64,000 nt of DNA, from positions 128,001-192,000 of the forward strand of contig JBILLK010000005.1 in assembly GCA_044376115.1 (NCBI GenBank), in the 5' to 3' direction. Positions within the stretch are counted from its first letter, which is position 1. The number at the start of each line of letters is the position of its first letter. This DNA comes from Polyangiaceae bacterium. GTDB lineage: Bacteria; Myxococcota_A; Polyangia; Polyangiales; Polyangiaceae. Shown piece by piece: positions 11,001-19,956 of this stretch. Made by a program: the position numbers and the translations under genes. A model generated the notes under the pieces. It did not search any database, was not told where the DNA came from, and saw only the letters and a list, made by a program, of their open reading frames with translations.

Positions 11001-11873
11001 CGTTGTGAGGGAGGTCGAGGTATGCGATTGGGGCTCCGCCGAAGGATGTCCCAATGCGCTACGTGCGAACTCCAAGCGTTCAAAGACTGCTGAACCATCA
11101 GGCGGACGGGAGTCAGGCTCCTTGGCCAACATGTCGTCGATCAACTGAGCCAGCGCAGCTGGCGCGGAGGGCGCCCGGTCGGCGAGTTTGGGCGCATCTT
11201 CCAACAGGATCTTCGCCATCACCGCCAACGGATGGTCGGCCCAAAACGGCGGCTTACCTGACAGACACTCAAAAAGCACGCAACCAAGCGAGAACACGTC
11301 GGCCGCGCTCGTGACTCCTGCTCCCTTCGCTTGCTCGGGCGCCATATACGCCGGAGTTCCAAGCGCTTCGCCGTGCTTGGTCAGGCGAGGGCCTACGTTG
11401 GAACGTGCAATGCCAAAGTCCAATAGCTTTGGATGGCTAGGGGACCCCCGTTGAAGGAATATGTTGGCGGGCTTTATGTCGCGATGAATCACTCCGGCTC
11501 GATGGGCTGCTCCCAGCGCGGTCGCTAGCACTGTCGCCAGCTCAAGGGTCTCGAGAGGAGAGAGCGTTCCTTGCGCGAGCGCTTGCGACAAATCCTTTCC
11601 GTCTAACCACTCCATAGCGAGATAACGCGTGCCCTTGAAGACTCCGCTCGCGATATGCTCGACAATAGCCGGGTGAGAAAGACCAGCGAGGAGCTTAGCC
11701 TCGCGGTCAAAGCGCTCAATCGCCTCATCGCGGCCAGTAAAGAACTTGAGGGCCACGGGCGTGTGGGTGGCTCGATCCAAAGCACGGTAGACGATACTCA
11801 TGCCCCCTCGGCCGACGAAGCTCTCGACGACGAACCTGTCGACCAGGGTCAAGCCAGGCTCGAGGAACTTCAC
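8001..11873 (-). CDS. Ser/Thr protein kinase fused to a degenerate cyclase-like domain, STAND/AAA ATPase and TPR repeats
   Basis: Kinase motifs GRGGMSIVY, VALK, HRDIKPANI, DFG and APE; FVGRERE; Walker A APAGVGKS; Walker B LAIDDIH; GNAL; helical TPR C-terminus. Confidence 0.9.
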   Translation of the reverse strand: MKFLEPGLTLVDRFVVESFVGRGGMSIVYRALDRATHTPVALKFFTGRDEAIERFDREAKLLAGLSHPAIVEHIASGVFKGTRYLAMEWLDGKDLSQALAQGTLSPLETLELATVLATALGAAHRAGVIHRDIKPANIFLQRGSPSHPKLLDFGIARSNVGPRLTKHGEALGTPAYMAPEQAKGAGVTSAADVFSLGCVLFECLSGKPPFWADHPLAVMAKILLEDAPKLADRAPSAPAALAQLIDDMLAKEPDSRPPDGSAVFERLEFARSALGHPSAEPQSHTSTSLTTHERKLLSVLFVGNVPESPAERLRTTEVTQVSPSGGQENELFYADVMAHGGWAERLIDGTIVVTMPGSGVPIEQAARAARCALAIRRTLPSSLVVLATGRADLTGGFPVGEVIDRGVKMLNQALNQAVDATSEEVGVLVDGVTAGLLDQRFDVAARLGNFQVLAESTLLEAGTLLGRASTFVGREREIERVSDVLATSAVHQCSQALLILAPAGVGKSRLASEMVSTLVAQSGATVAWARAHTADRHVPLRVAARLLSVLIGLVDNESQTAMRQRVRARVGRNLTSSHLDRVASFLGELLGVRFDGEAHPLLPIVREDPIRLGDHIRAAFGDFLQAELAAGPLVLAIDDIHHSDPASVALIDSALKNFRNSPLLIIGLARPEVDSVFPDLWQNHALLTLALQPLSPVSARKLIEQALENADSDAIERIITEAAGNALHLEELVRAFHEGRDGKLPETVMGMVQVRLEALPPDARRVLRACSILEDSFSLSAVKALVGDRSDEVENYLERMVRSELLSVTAPSNAASVFSFRSATIREAAYESLTEEDRRLGHRLAADWLEEYGSTREAVLVAHHREKSSQGEKAISWYARAAEVALEANDLRAVIERANRGLSLRAEGSLRGRLCILLAEAHRHLGENAQLFARAHEALALLVPFSPTWWIAYANTVLASIRLGKSELVDELSALLETTTLRDLPADAARAAHYLFFAGKDGAADTILRVAMQHIGPFAEDPAKWAWGYRAHATHALLTGNTGDYLTQLDMSVTAFEAAGDYRNVASEKVNLGFAHAELGLYEESLAILGNARTLAVTLQLRHVIGAADSNIGAALARLGKFEQALLVFHRTNAEFAIQGNKRMEGNTRNYLARALLRLGQFAEADRESELAVELLEAVPTLQPSARATRARVLLARGHHEDALRHAANALSALEVTGKLDEGEAYVRLVFAEVTAASGNRELAYKAILAGKERLLARASAIHQEHWRRSFLEQVEENRRTFDLAGTLLG

Positions 11874-13027
11874 GTGTGGACCGCGTATCGCGAGAGAAAC
11901 GTGGCGAGCGCCAATGCCTTTGGAACGAGGCTCGAAATGGCTGCGTTCTCGTCCTTCGTGTGAAAGCCTGTTCCGCGAGGCCCTAGCCCATCAATCGAGG
12001 CGATTCCGATGGCCGACGTCGTGCTGGCATCTGAGCCGCCCGAGATCAAACCGGACTCCTGGCTACCGAGGCCCGCCTTCGCTGCCTCCGCTGCATACCG
12101 TTCAAAGAGTGAGGCGCTCGCCTCTGTTCGTTCAAGAGGCAGCCGGCCTTTGCCTCCGCTGACGACCAGCTTTGCCCCCGGAACAAGTACCTCGGCTTGT
12201 CGCGCGGCGCGGAGTAAAGCCTGCTCTGCGTTGTCCGCTTCCGCTGTTGTGGTGAAACGAAAGTCAACCTCCACTTCGCAAACGTCGGGGACAGTGTTCT
12301 TCGCCTCTCCACCCTTGATCGTGCCGACGTTTACCGTAGTTCCAAGATCGTAGTTTGTAATGGCCTGAGCAGCGATGACGAAGTGCGCCATGGCGCTAAT
12401 AGCATTAACGCCGTCCTTGTGACCATTCGCGGCGTGCGCGGCTCGGCCTTCAGCCCTGACTTTGAGAGAGCCAGTTCCCTTGCGCCGCGTAATGACCCTG
12501 TCCTCCGCTCGCCCCGCCTCAAACACTAGGGCGGCGGAAGCGCCACGTGCGTGTTGCTCAATAAAGGCGCGTCCCTCCGGTGATCCAACCTCCTCATCCC
12601 CCACGAGCACCACCTTCACGTTGGGCTGCAGACCTTCTACTGCGAAGAGGCTCCGAACCGCCTCCAGCATGATCACGATCCCGCCTTTCATGTCGAGGAC
12701 TCCGGGGCCCCGTATCAGGTCGCCCTCCCGTGAGAATCCCTCGAACGTGCCAACGGGGAACACGGTGTCGATATGTCCCACGAGCACGACAAACCCTGGT
12801 TTGACGCCTGGCGTTGAAAACACCAAGTGGTCCGCGAATCGCTCGCTGGACTGGGAGTTCACTGTGAGGCCGAGTGCAACGGCCTCCGCGACGAGGCGCC
12901 GACCGACGGCGTCCCCACCCGCCTTGTTTGCTGTGTGGGAGTTCTGCCGAACTAGCTCCTCGATGAGGTTGAGCATCGGCTCAGTTCGAGCCGAAAGTAC
13001 AGCGGCGAGGGTGGCGTCGGAGGTCAT
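11870..13027 (-). CDS. M20 metallopeptidase (carboxypeptidase G2 / ArgE-like)
   Basis: Motifs GHIDTV, GPGVLDMKGG, DEEVGS, GGSDA and DGLGP..FHT. Overlaps the kinase gene by 4 bp. Confidence 0.9.
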   Translation of the reverse strand: MTSDATLAAVLSARTEPMLNLIEELVRQNSHTANKAGGDAVGRRLVAEAVALGLTVNSQSSERFADHLVFSTPGVKPGFVVLVGHIDTVFPVGTFEGFSREGDLIRGPGVLDMKGGIVIMLEAVRSLFAVEGLQPNVKVVLVGDEEVGSPEGRAFIEQHARGASAALVFEAGRAEDRVITRRKGTGSLKVRAEGRAAHAANGHKDGVNAISAMAHFVIAAQAITNYDLGTTVNVGTIKGGEAKNTVPDVCEVEVDFRFTTTAEADNAEQALLRAARQAEVLVPGAKLVVSGGKGRLPLERTEASASLFERYAAEAAKAGLGSQESGLISGGSDASTTSAIGIASIDGLGPRGTGFHTKDENAAISSLVPKALALATFLSRYAVHT

Positions 13028-13135
13028 GCCCAGAGTTTAGCTGGTCCCGTTGCGCGACGCGCAAGGTTCATTGGCCGTGACCATCTACATCAAGCCGCCA
13101 TACCTCCACGCCCCGCGCAATGCTAAGAGGGAGCC

Positions 13136-14185
13136 ATGTCACGGTACAAAGCAGCTGTTCTAGGTGGGAGTGGTTACGGCGCGGCCGAGATGATCCGAAG
13201 GCTCCTCCTCCATCCGGAGGTGGAGCTATGCCGCGTTGCTTCGATCGACTTCGTTGGCCAGTCGTTAGCAGATGCTCATCCTCATCTCGAAGGATTGACC
13301 GACTTGCGTTTTGAGAACCTATCCGCGGCCGATGCTGCACGCGGGATGGACGTAGTGTTGCTCGGGCTACCTCATAAAGTGAGCGCCGCCGCGGTGCCCC
13401 CAATCCTCGAATGCGGGGCAAAGGTCGTGGACCTGTCGGGCGACTATCGTCTCAAAGATGTCGCGAGCTACGAGGCGTTCTACGGCGGAAAGCACCCCCA
13501 CCCAGAACTCCTCGCAAAAGCGGTTTATGGACTACCCGAATTCAACCGCGAACAGATTCGAGCTGCGTCGCTTGTGGCCTCTCCCGGGTGTTTTGCGACC
13601 GCCATCCAACTTGGCCTGCTTCCGCTCGCAAGAAAAGGTTTGCTCAAGCACGCAGTCGAGACGGTTGGTATCACCGGCTCTAGCGGGAGTGGCGCCGCAC
13701 CTCAAGCCGGGACCCATCACCCAATCCGCGCTGTCAATCTTCGAACGTACAAGCCCCTCAAGCATCAGCACGTCCCAGAGATTCTCGAGTCGCTGGCCGC
13801 ACACGGTGCTCCTGCTACGCAGATGCACTTCGTCCCGGTAAGCGCCCCCTTATCCCGGGGAATATTCGTCACTAGTTTTACTGTCGTCGATGCCTCTGTT
13901 GATAAGGACATGGTGGCGCAAGCTTTTCGGGATTCCTATGAGAATGAGTCATTCGTTCGGGTGCCAAAGTCGCGCCTACCAGAAGTGGTCGCCGTCGCCG
14001 GGTCAAACTATGCAGAGGTTGGCTTTGAACTTGGTCCCAAGGAGGATGGTGGTCGCACGCTAGCTGTCTTCTCTGCAATCGATAATCTAATCAAAGGGGG
14101 GGCTGGGCAGGGTATTCAGAATATGAATATAGTGCTTGGGCTCGATGAGGGACTTACGCTTCGCGATTCCGGAGGATTTCCCTGA
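13136..14185 (+). CDS. argC: N-acetyl-gamma-glutamyl-phosphate reductase
   Basis: Motifs GGSGYG, LPH, DLSGDYR, YGLPE, catalytic PGCFAT, GSSGSG, HQHVPEI and DNLIKGGAGQGIQNMN. Confidence 0.95.
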   Translation: MSRYKAAVLGGSGYGAAEMIRRLLLHPEVELCRVASIDFVGQSLADAHPHLEGLTDLRFENLSAADAARGMDVVLLGLPHKVSAAAVPPILECGAKVVDLSGDYRLKDVASYEAFYGGKHPHPELLAKAVYGLPEFNREQIRAASLVASPGCFATAIQLGLLPLARKGLLKHAVETVGITGSSGSGAAPQAGTHHPIRAVNLRTYKPLKHQHVPEILESLAAHGAPATQMHFVPVSAPLSRGIFVTSFTVVDASVDKDMVAQAFRDSYENESFVRVPKSRLPEVVAVAGSNYAEVGFELGPKEDGGRTLAVFSAIDNLIKGGAGQGIQNMNIVLGLDEGLTLRDSGGFP

Positions 14186-15000
14186 TGCAGCAAACTATTG
14201 TGGTCAAGCTTGGCGGTGAAGTAATTGCCAGCCCAGAGCTAAGTGAGCTTGCCGCAGACCTCGCGAGTCTGGGTACAAGCGCACGTTTCGTCCTGATTCA
14301 TGGTGGAGGCCCTCAGGCGACGAAGTTGCAGGAAGCACTGGGCCAGACTCCAATCAAGATTGCTGGCCGTCGAGTGACAGACGCGGCCACGCTCGACGTC
14401 ATGAAGATGGTGCTCGCAGGTAAGCTCAACGTCGATCTCTGCGCTGCACTGATCAATGCGGGCGCTAAACCGGTAGGGCTTCATGGCGCCAGCGATAGAT
14501 TGATAGCCGCAGACCGGAGGCCCCCCCGGCTGTATTCGGGGGCTGGTTCTGAGCCCGTCGACCTCGGGTACGTTGGGGACGTAGTAAGCGTGAATACAGA
14601 GCTGCTCGAGTTGCTGCTGAACTCCGGGCGTATGCCAGTCCTCGCCTGCCTGGGCTGCGGCAGCGATGGTCAGGTGTTCAACATCAATGCAGATATAGTC
14701 GCCACTAAAGTCGCCGTAGCACTAGCAGCGACGAGTCTGGTGCTTATCTCCGACGTGCGCGGCGTTCTTCGGGATGTGAAGGACCCTTCGAGTCGAATTG
14801 CTCGTATGACCATTGAAGAGGGCCATGCATTGATTCAGTCTGGGGTGGTAAAAGAGGGAATGATCCCCAAGCTTGAAGAGTGCTTTGCCGCTGTCAGGGC
14901 CGGGGCTAGTCAGGTGCACATCGTGGGACGATTGACCAAAGGAGAACTGAGTCGTGAAATCACGGCGCCAGGCAGCATCGGGACAGTCGTAGTTGCTTAG
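14185..15000 (+). CDS. argB: Acetylglutamate kinase
   Basis: Motifs VVKLGG, HGGGPQ, GRRVTD, NINAD, SDVRGV, GMIPKL and GSIGT; translationally coupled to argC. Confidence 0.93.
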   Translation: MQQTIVVKLGGEVIASPELSELAADLASLGTSARFVLIHGGGPQATKLQEALGQTPIKIAGRRVTDAATLDVMKMVLAGKLNVDLCAALINAGAKPVGLHGASDRLIAADRRPPRLYSGAGSEPVDLGYVGDVVSVNTELLELLLNSGRMPVLACLGCGSDGQVFNINADIVATKVAVALAATSLVLISDVRGVLRDVKDPSSRIARMTIEEGHALIQSGVVKEGMIPKLEECFAAVRAGASQVHIVGRLTKGELSREITAPGSIGTVVVA

Positions 15001-15017
15001 CGTCCGAGCGGCGCGCT

Positions 15018-18000
15018 TTAGGGCAGCGGCGCCCCCAGTCGCTCACAGAGTTCTTGGGCAAGCCTGGCTTCAGGCACTCTTGTCAAGAACGTGCCCCGGT
15101 GTTTTCGCGGTAGGAGCGCGGCGGCTTGGCTTAGTCGGGTACTAAGAGCCAGGCAAAGCTCTCGTGCTGCTTCAATGTCACCAACAGCTTCGGTTGCTCG
15201 CACTAGCACCGTGCGGATAAAGAGCTCGCCTTCGTCCACCCCAAGGAAGCCGTTTAGAAGAGAGGCTGCTTTCTGGCCGGCGGATAGCGCTCGCGTTAGC
15301 GTTGAAGAACCGTCCGGCTCCCGACCCGCGGCATCATGCTCGGCGGTATCCAGAATGACAGCCGCCACTATCGAGAGACTAATCGCTTCAGTTGGCGAGT
15401 TAGCAGGAGCGGTAAGTAGTGCCTGCTCAGCATGCTGTCGGGCCTCGTCGAAGCGTCGCTGTCGAGAGAGAATGAGGGCTTGATATGCCAGGCTCGCCGC
15501 TAACATGCGCCGGTCGCCCTGGCGGTCAAAGGCCTCGATAGCACGGCTCTCGGCGCGTTCTGCCGCCGCCAGATCCCCGATCTGCAATAGGGCGTACCCT
15601 AGATTGTGTTCTGCTACAGCTGCCACAGCGTCAATGCCCAGCTGCGCCGTCTCCGCTATGACTTTTGTCAGCTCAATAATCGCCTCCTCCCATTGCCCCA
15701 GCCTAATAGAGGAGTAGGCTTCGTTGACCTGCTGAACGCAGGCATTTCGCCGGTCGCCTATCTCATCGAATGCGCTAGCCGAATGTCGCATAAGCGTGCC
15801 GTAGGCTGCAGGGTCCCCGGCTGCCAGTGCGCGCCAAGCCCGCGCCCGCAGAAGCCATGCTGCCGTTAGCGGCTCCTTATGCGCCAAGCCCGATGGGGTG
15901 CCTGAAAGTAAGCGGTCGGTGAGCCGAAGATCTCCCAAGAACACGGCTTGAATCGCCGCTTGCGCCAACAGGATTAGGCGCTCGGCTTCTAGCGGCTTCC
16001 CGGGAGCTGCCTCGAGTGCCTCGATCGTTGCGAAGATCTCATCAACATTGCGTCGTTCGTTGGTTCGCGCCCCAGCGGTCACGGCGATCGTTGCTGCCCG
16101 GCACCAGCTGGTGCTACCAAGTTCCAAGTGCGAGATAGCTTGATTTGCAGCAGTCAGCGCGCGTGGATTGTCCCCCAGCCAGAGTTGTGCTTCCGCCTCA
16201 TCAGAAAGCAGCCGTCCCAGGTCCTCCCCAAACGCACCAGCACCGATCGCCTTCTGTACTAGTTGAATAGCGCGGGGCAGATCACTCGCTTCGAGTGCTA
16301 GGTGAGCGGCGACGGCATAAAGACGTCCTGCCGCCGTGTGATCTCCTGCGCACGCTAGATGCCCAGCGAGTAGCGTCGGATCTCCCTCACCAACGCTTTC
16401 AAGCCAATTAGCGATTGCTGCGTGGGTCAGTTCCTTCTCACGTTGGGAGAGCCCGTCATAGCTCACTTCTGCGAGCAGCCGCTGGCGGAAGCTCCACTCT
16501 TCCACCATCGGATAGCGAGACCTCGCGCTGCGTCGAATGATGCCTTCGCCTTCAATCTCCACTAGCTCCGGCCGTATCTCGCTGCGACCGAGCACCGATG
16601 CTAACCCGGACTCCCAGAAGGTCTCGCCGAACGCCGAGGCGGCGCGCACGATACGCCGGCACTCGGGCGACAGTCGCTCAAGCCTTCCCTCAACCACAGA
16701 TATGATCGTGGGCGGGAGGACTTCTCTGGAGCCATCGACGGAGGCGCGAACTAGCTCCTCTAAGAAGAATGGGTTGCCTTCGGCACGCTCCACGATTGAA
16801 GTAACAAGTTCGGAGGACGCTCTTGTTCCAAGTAGGTTAAGTGCGAGTTGACTCGCCGCTACTGGATCCAAGTTGGGAAGCCGTAGGACCGTCGCAGAGC
16901 GTTTGAAAGCGTGTAAAAAGGGCGCTTCGCCCTCTGGACGAGTCAAGCCGACAACGACGAGCGTGATGTCGTTCAGCGTTTTCACGGCGTGATGCAAGAG
17001 CGCTAACGTTGCAGCGTCTCCCCATTGCAGGTCTTCGACGAACATCAATAGCGGTCTCGAGCTAGCTGCTCCCCGTAGGAGGTCCGTTACAGCCCGTCGA
17101 ACCTGGTCACCCATTAGTGTCGTGTCTCGTCGCGCAGCTGCGACAGCCGGGCTTACGGTTGGCCCAGCATCCAGGTGGAGCAACTCGACCAAGAACTCCG
17201 TTACACGACGTGATTCTGAGGCAGGGACTGTGCTGTTGACAAAGGCCTCGAGCTTGCCGCGCGCCAAGGATCCTTTCTCCGTGCGACCAATGCCAGCCTG
17301 CACATAGAGGAGCGGCACAAGCATCGAGAACGGAGTGGAGGCGGCGAGTGGGTCCCCCTGGAGAATCCAAACATCGAATGACGGCGAGAGCGCAGTCCGG
17401 GACGAGTGATCCAGTGCGCCAAGCAGTTCACGTGCCAAGCGGGACTTCCCCCCTCCACTGGCTCCGGCAAGCATGAACGTAGCGGATTGACTACATTGCG
17501 CGGCTTTCAGGCAGCCTTCAAGCAAGGTCTGAAGCTCAATGGTCCTCCCTACGAACTCACCGGTCATGTCCCCGGCTCCCAAACTCGCGCCAGCGTGTTG
17601 TGTAATGAGTAGGGCACCCCAAGGACGAGGCCGGAGGACGAAGCGGTCTGCGAGCAGCCTAGCCGTGGGATGATCGACGCCAATGACGCCGGCGCGTTCT
17701 TCACTGTTCAGGTGAGAAACTAAGCTACTGGTTTGGTCCGCTTTCTCCCCGAGCGTCATCGCGCCGCCTTGCGCCATGCGACCCATCGTGATCGTTGTCC
17801 GTGACTCGGGAAGCCAGTAACGAATGTAGAGCGAAGCTCTAGCCGCTCGCTGCGCTAGGTCGTCGGCAGCAAGCTCTGCAATGACAACGACAATGAGGCT
17901 GCCATCGATTAGGGGTTGGACTTGCAGGCCGAGTCTGCCCAAGGCCGCTTCTAGCGCCTTTGGTACTTCAAGCTCGCGCTTCTCGTGCGTCACCAGAACC

Positions 18001-18872
18001 AAGAATGAAAAACGCCTCTCAGCAGTGTTGTTGGAGCGCTCGTCGTTAAGCTCTACCAGCTCGGTTCTCTCGAGGGCTTTGAACAGTTGGCCGATCAACG
18101 TGGCCACTTCCCCGGCGTTCGTTGGGCGTGCGTCGCGGTCTCTTGAGAGGAGCCGAGCACACAGCTGGTCGACGCCTGCATCAACGGCCTTACAAACACT
18201 CCGCAGTCTGGGCGCGTGCTCCAGTGAGATTCGCAGTATGGTTGCTAGGGCATCCTCTCCAGTGAATGGCGGTGCCCCCGCGATGCAGCGAAAGAGCAAA
18301 CATCCGAGTGCAAACACATCGACCCGACAATCGATGTCTGTGGACCCGCGCGCCTGCTCGGGCGCCATGTAGCCGACGGTGCCAAGCAGCGAACCATGTT
18401 GGGTAAGGGATGGTCCGGCAGTGCGGGCGAGGCCAAGGTCGATCAGCACGGGCCGCAAGGGCTCCGCGTTTTGCAGGATGATGTTTCCCGGCTTGATGTC
18501 GCGGTGAATGATACCGCGTAAGTGTAGCTCACCGACTGCGTACGAAAGTAGTTCAACCAGCTTCAGGCTCTCCAAAGGCGAGAGCTTGTGGTGCCGGAGA
18601 AACTCCGAGAGCGTGCAGCCTTCAACCCACTCCATCGCAAGCCAGGGCTTAGGCGCAGTCCCGTGGGCTACGTAGCGAACTACGCTTGGGATATCCAGGC
18701 TCGCAAGGAGCGAGCACTCCCGGATGAATCGGGCTTGGTCACCGGACCTCTGCAGCTCCTTGATAGCGACTTTAACCCCACTATTGAGGTCCACTGCAGA
18801 GAAAACATCCCCGGCGCCTCCCGCCCCAACAGCCTCGATAAGCTCGAACCGATCGCCGATGACCCTTCCCAT
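15018..18872 (-). CDS. Second Ser/Thr kinase-STAND ATPase-TPR protein
   Basis: Motifs GAGGAGDVF, VAIK, HRDIKPGNI, DLG and APE; FVGR; Walker A GASGGGKS; Walker B FVEDLQW; EGNPFFLEEL; TPR tail. Confidence 0.9.
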   Translation of the reverse strand: MGRVIGDRFELIEAVGAGGAGDVFSAVDLNSGVKVAIKELQRSGDQARFIRECSLLASLDIPSVVRYVAHGTAPKPWLAMEWVEGCTLSEFLRHHKLSPLESLKLVELLSYAVGELHLRGIIHRDIKPGNIILQNAEPLRPVLIDLGLARTAGPSLTQHGSLLGTVGYMAPEQARGSTDIDCRVDVFALGCLLFRCIAGAPPFTGEDALATILRISLEHAPRLRSVCKAVDAGVDQLCARLLSRDRDARPTNAGEVATLIGQLFKALERTELVELNDERSNNTAERRFSFLVLVTHEKRELEVPKALEAALGRLGLQVQPLIDGSLIVVVIAELAADDLAQRAARASLYIRYWLPESRTTITMGRMAQGGAMTLGEKADQTSSLVSHLNSEERAGVIGVDHPTARLLADRFVLRPRPWGALLITQHAGASLGAGDMTGEFVGRTIELQTLLEGCLKAAQCSQSATFMLAGASGGGKSRLARELLGALDHSSRTALSPSFDVWILQGDPLAASTPFSMLVPLLYVQAGIGRTEKGSLARGKLEAFVNSTVPASESRRVTEFLVELLHLDAGPTVSPAVAAARRDTTLMGDQVRRAVTDLLRGAASSRPLLMFVEDLQWGDAATLALLHHAVKTLNDITLVVVGLTRPEGEAPFLHAFKRSATVLRLPNLDPVAASQLALNLLGTRASSELVTSIVERAEGNPFFLEELVRASVDGSREVLPPTIISVVEGRLERLSPECRRIVRAASAFGETFWESGLASVLGRSEIRPELVEIEGEGIIRRSARSRYPMVEEWSFRQRLLAEVSYDGLSQREKELTHAAIANWLESVGEGDPTLLAGHLACAGDHTAAGRLYAVAAHLALEASDLPRAIQLVQKAIGAGAFGEDLGRLLSDEAEAQLWLGDNPRALTAANQAISHLELGSTSWCRAATIAVTAGARTNERRNVDEIFATIEALEAAPGKPLEAERLILLAQAAIQAVFLGDLRLTDRLLSGTPSGLAHKEPLTAAWLLRARAWRALAAGDPAAYGTLMRHSASAFDEIGDRRNACVQQVNEAYSSIRLGQWEEAIIELTKVIAETAQLGIDAVAAVAEHNLGYALLQIGDLAAAERAESRAIEAFDRQGDRRMLAASLAYQALILSRQRRFDEARQHAEQALLTAPANSPTEAISLSIVAAVILDTAEHDAAGREPDGSSTLTRALSAGQKAASLLNGFLGVDEGELFIRTVLVRATEAVGDIEAARELCLALSTRLSQAAALLPRKHRGTFLTRVPEARLAQELCERLGAPLP

Positions 18873-18878
18873 AAGCTC

Positions 18879-19868
18879 TCAAGCGACCAGCGCGTCAACC
18901 AACAATGGAATGCTCCGCTCGAAGCGATAGGGTATGTTCATATGGCCATCAACGAATTCCTCGTAGAGGTGACTCACCCCATGTTTGTTCAAGGCTGAGC
19001 TTAGCGCCCGGGCTCCCCAATGCAGCCCGTACTCGTCCTGAACGCCTACGTCGACGAACAGCAGCTTCAGGCTGCGTAGGGCATCGCCGTACCGGCTTAC
19101 CATCGACACAGGGTCCCAAGCTTGCCACCGCGCCCAAACCTCTGGCCGAAATTGGCCAGTATCGAGCGAGAATGGAAGGTCAAAGCCATCCGCTGACTCT
19201 CTATTAGGCGAGTAATGTGCGGCCATCGCAAGAAAACCAAGGGTTTTTATCTGTTTTGCGGTGCGTCGCTGGCTCGAGGCCCAATACCTCGTAAGCCAAG
19301 CTTGTGCGCCACCCGCGCTTCTTACCTGGTCGAGAGTCTCCAATGCGTCGGGTAGGTAACAAAGCTCGAAGTTAGCATCACCCGAGTGATTTGCTGCAGC
19401 TTGAAAGACGTTTGGATACAACATCGACAAGACGATTGCACCGTAGCCACCCGAACTCTTGCCAAAGACCCCCCACTTCTTAACCGGATAGCTAGCCTCT
19501 ACCGCCGGGATTACCTCCTGAACCAAGTGACTCGCGTATGGGCCCGTGCTGGGCGAATCGATATACTGATTGCCACCCATGCGGGTAAAGCAGTCAGGTG
19601 CGACCAGGAGACATGGTGGGCACGCACCGGTGAGAATGAGCCTATCAAGGCGGTCGCTCAGCGATTCGCCCAGAGGGTCTTGATTGAATAACATGGGGCC
19701 ATTGCCCGTAAAGCCAGCTAATGCGAGCAGCGCTACAAGGGGCTCTCCGCGATAGCCTGGTGGGGTATACACCCACGTGGAGCGTGTCGTTGGATCTCCC
19801 AAGGGGTTACCAAGTAGTGCTTTGCTTTCTAGGACGAGTACGTTTGGATGGCGCTGGTTTTGAGCCAC
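18879..19868 (-). CDS. Alpha/beta-hydrolase esterase (enterochelin-esterase-like family)
   Basis: GNPLGDP, VYTPPGY, nucleophile elbow GKSSGG, and EEFVDGH carrying the catalytic His. Confidence 0.85.
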   Translation of the reverse strand: MAQNQRHPNVLVLESKALLGNPLGDPTTRSTWVYTPPGYRGEPLVALLALAGFTGNGPMLFNQDPLGESLSDRLDRLILTGACPPCLLVAPDCFTRMGGNQYIDSPSTGPYASHLVQEVIPAVEASYPVKKWGVFGKSSGGYGAIVLSMLYPNVFQAAANHSGDANFELCYLPDALETLDQVRSAGGAQAWLTRYWASSQRRTAKQIKTLGFLAMAAHYSPNRESADGFDLPFSLDTGQFRPEVWARWQAWDPVSMVSRYGDALRSLKLLFVDVGVQDEYGLHWGARALSSALNKHGVSHLYEEFVDGHMNIPYRFERSIPLLVDALVA

Positions 19869-19956
19869 GATATGTTCCCGGTTGCGACCAAGGTTAACCG
19901 GAGTGGGGAATCCCGGAAGAATCTTCTGAGCAGATCGACTAGCGTACGGTCCACCT

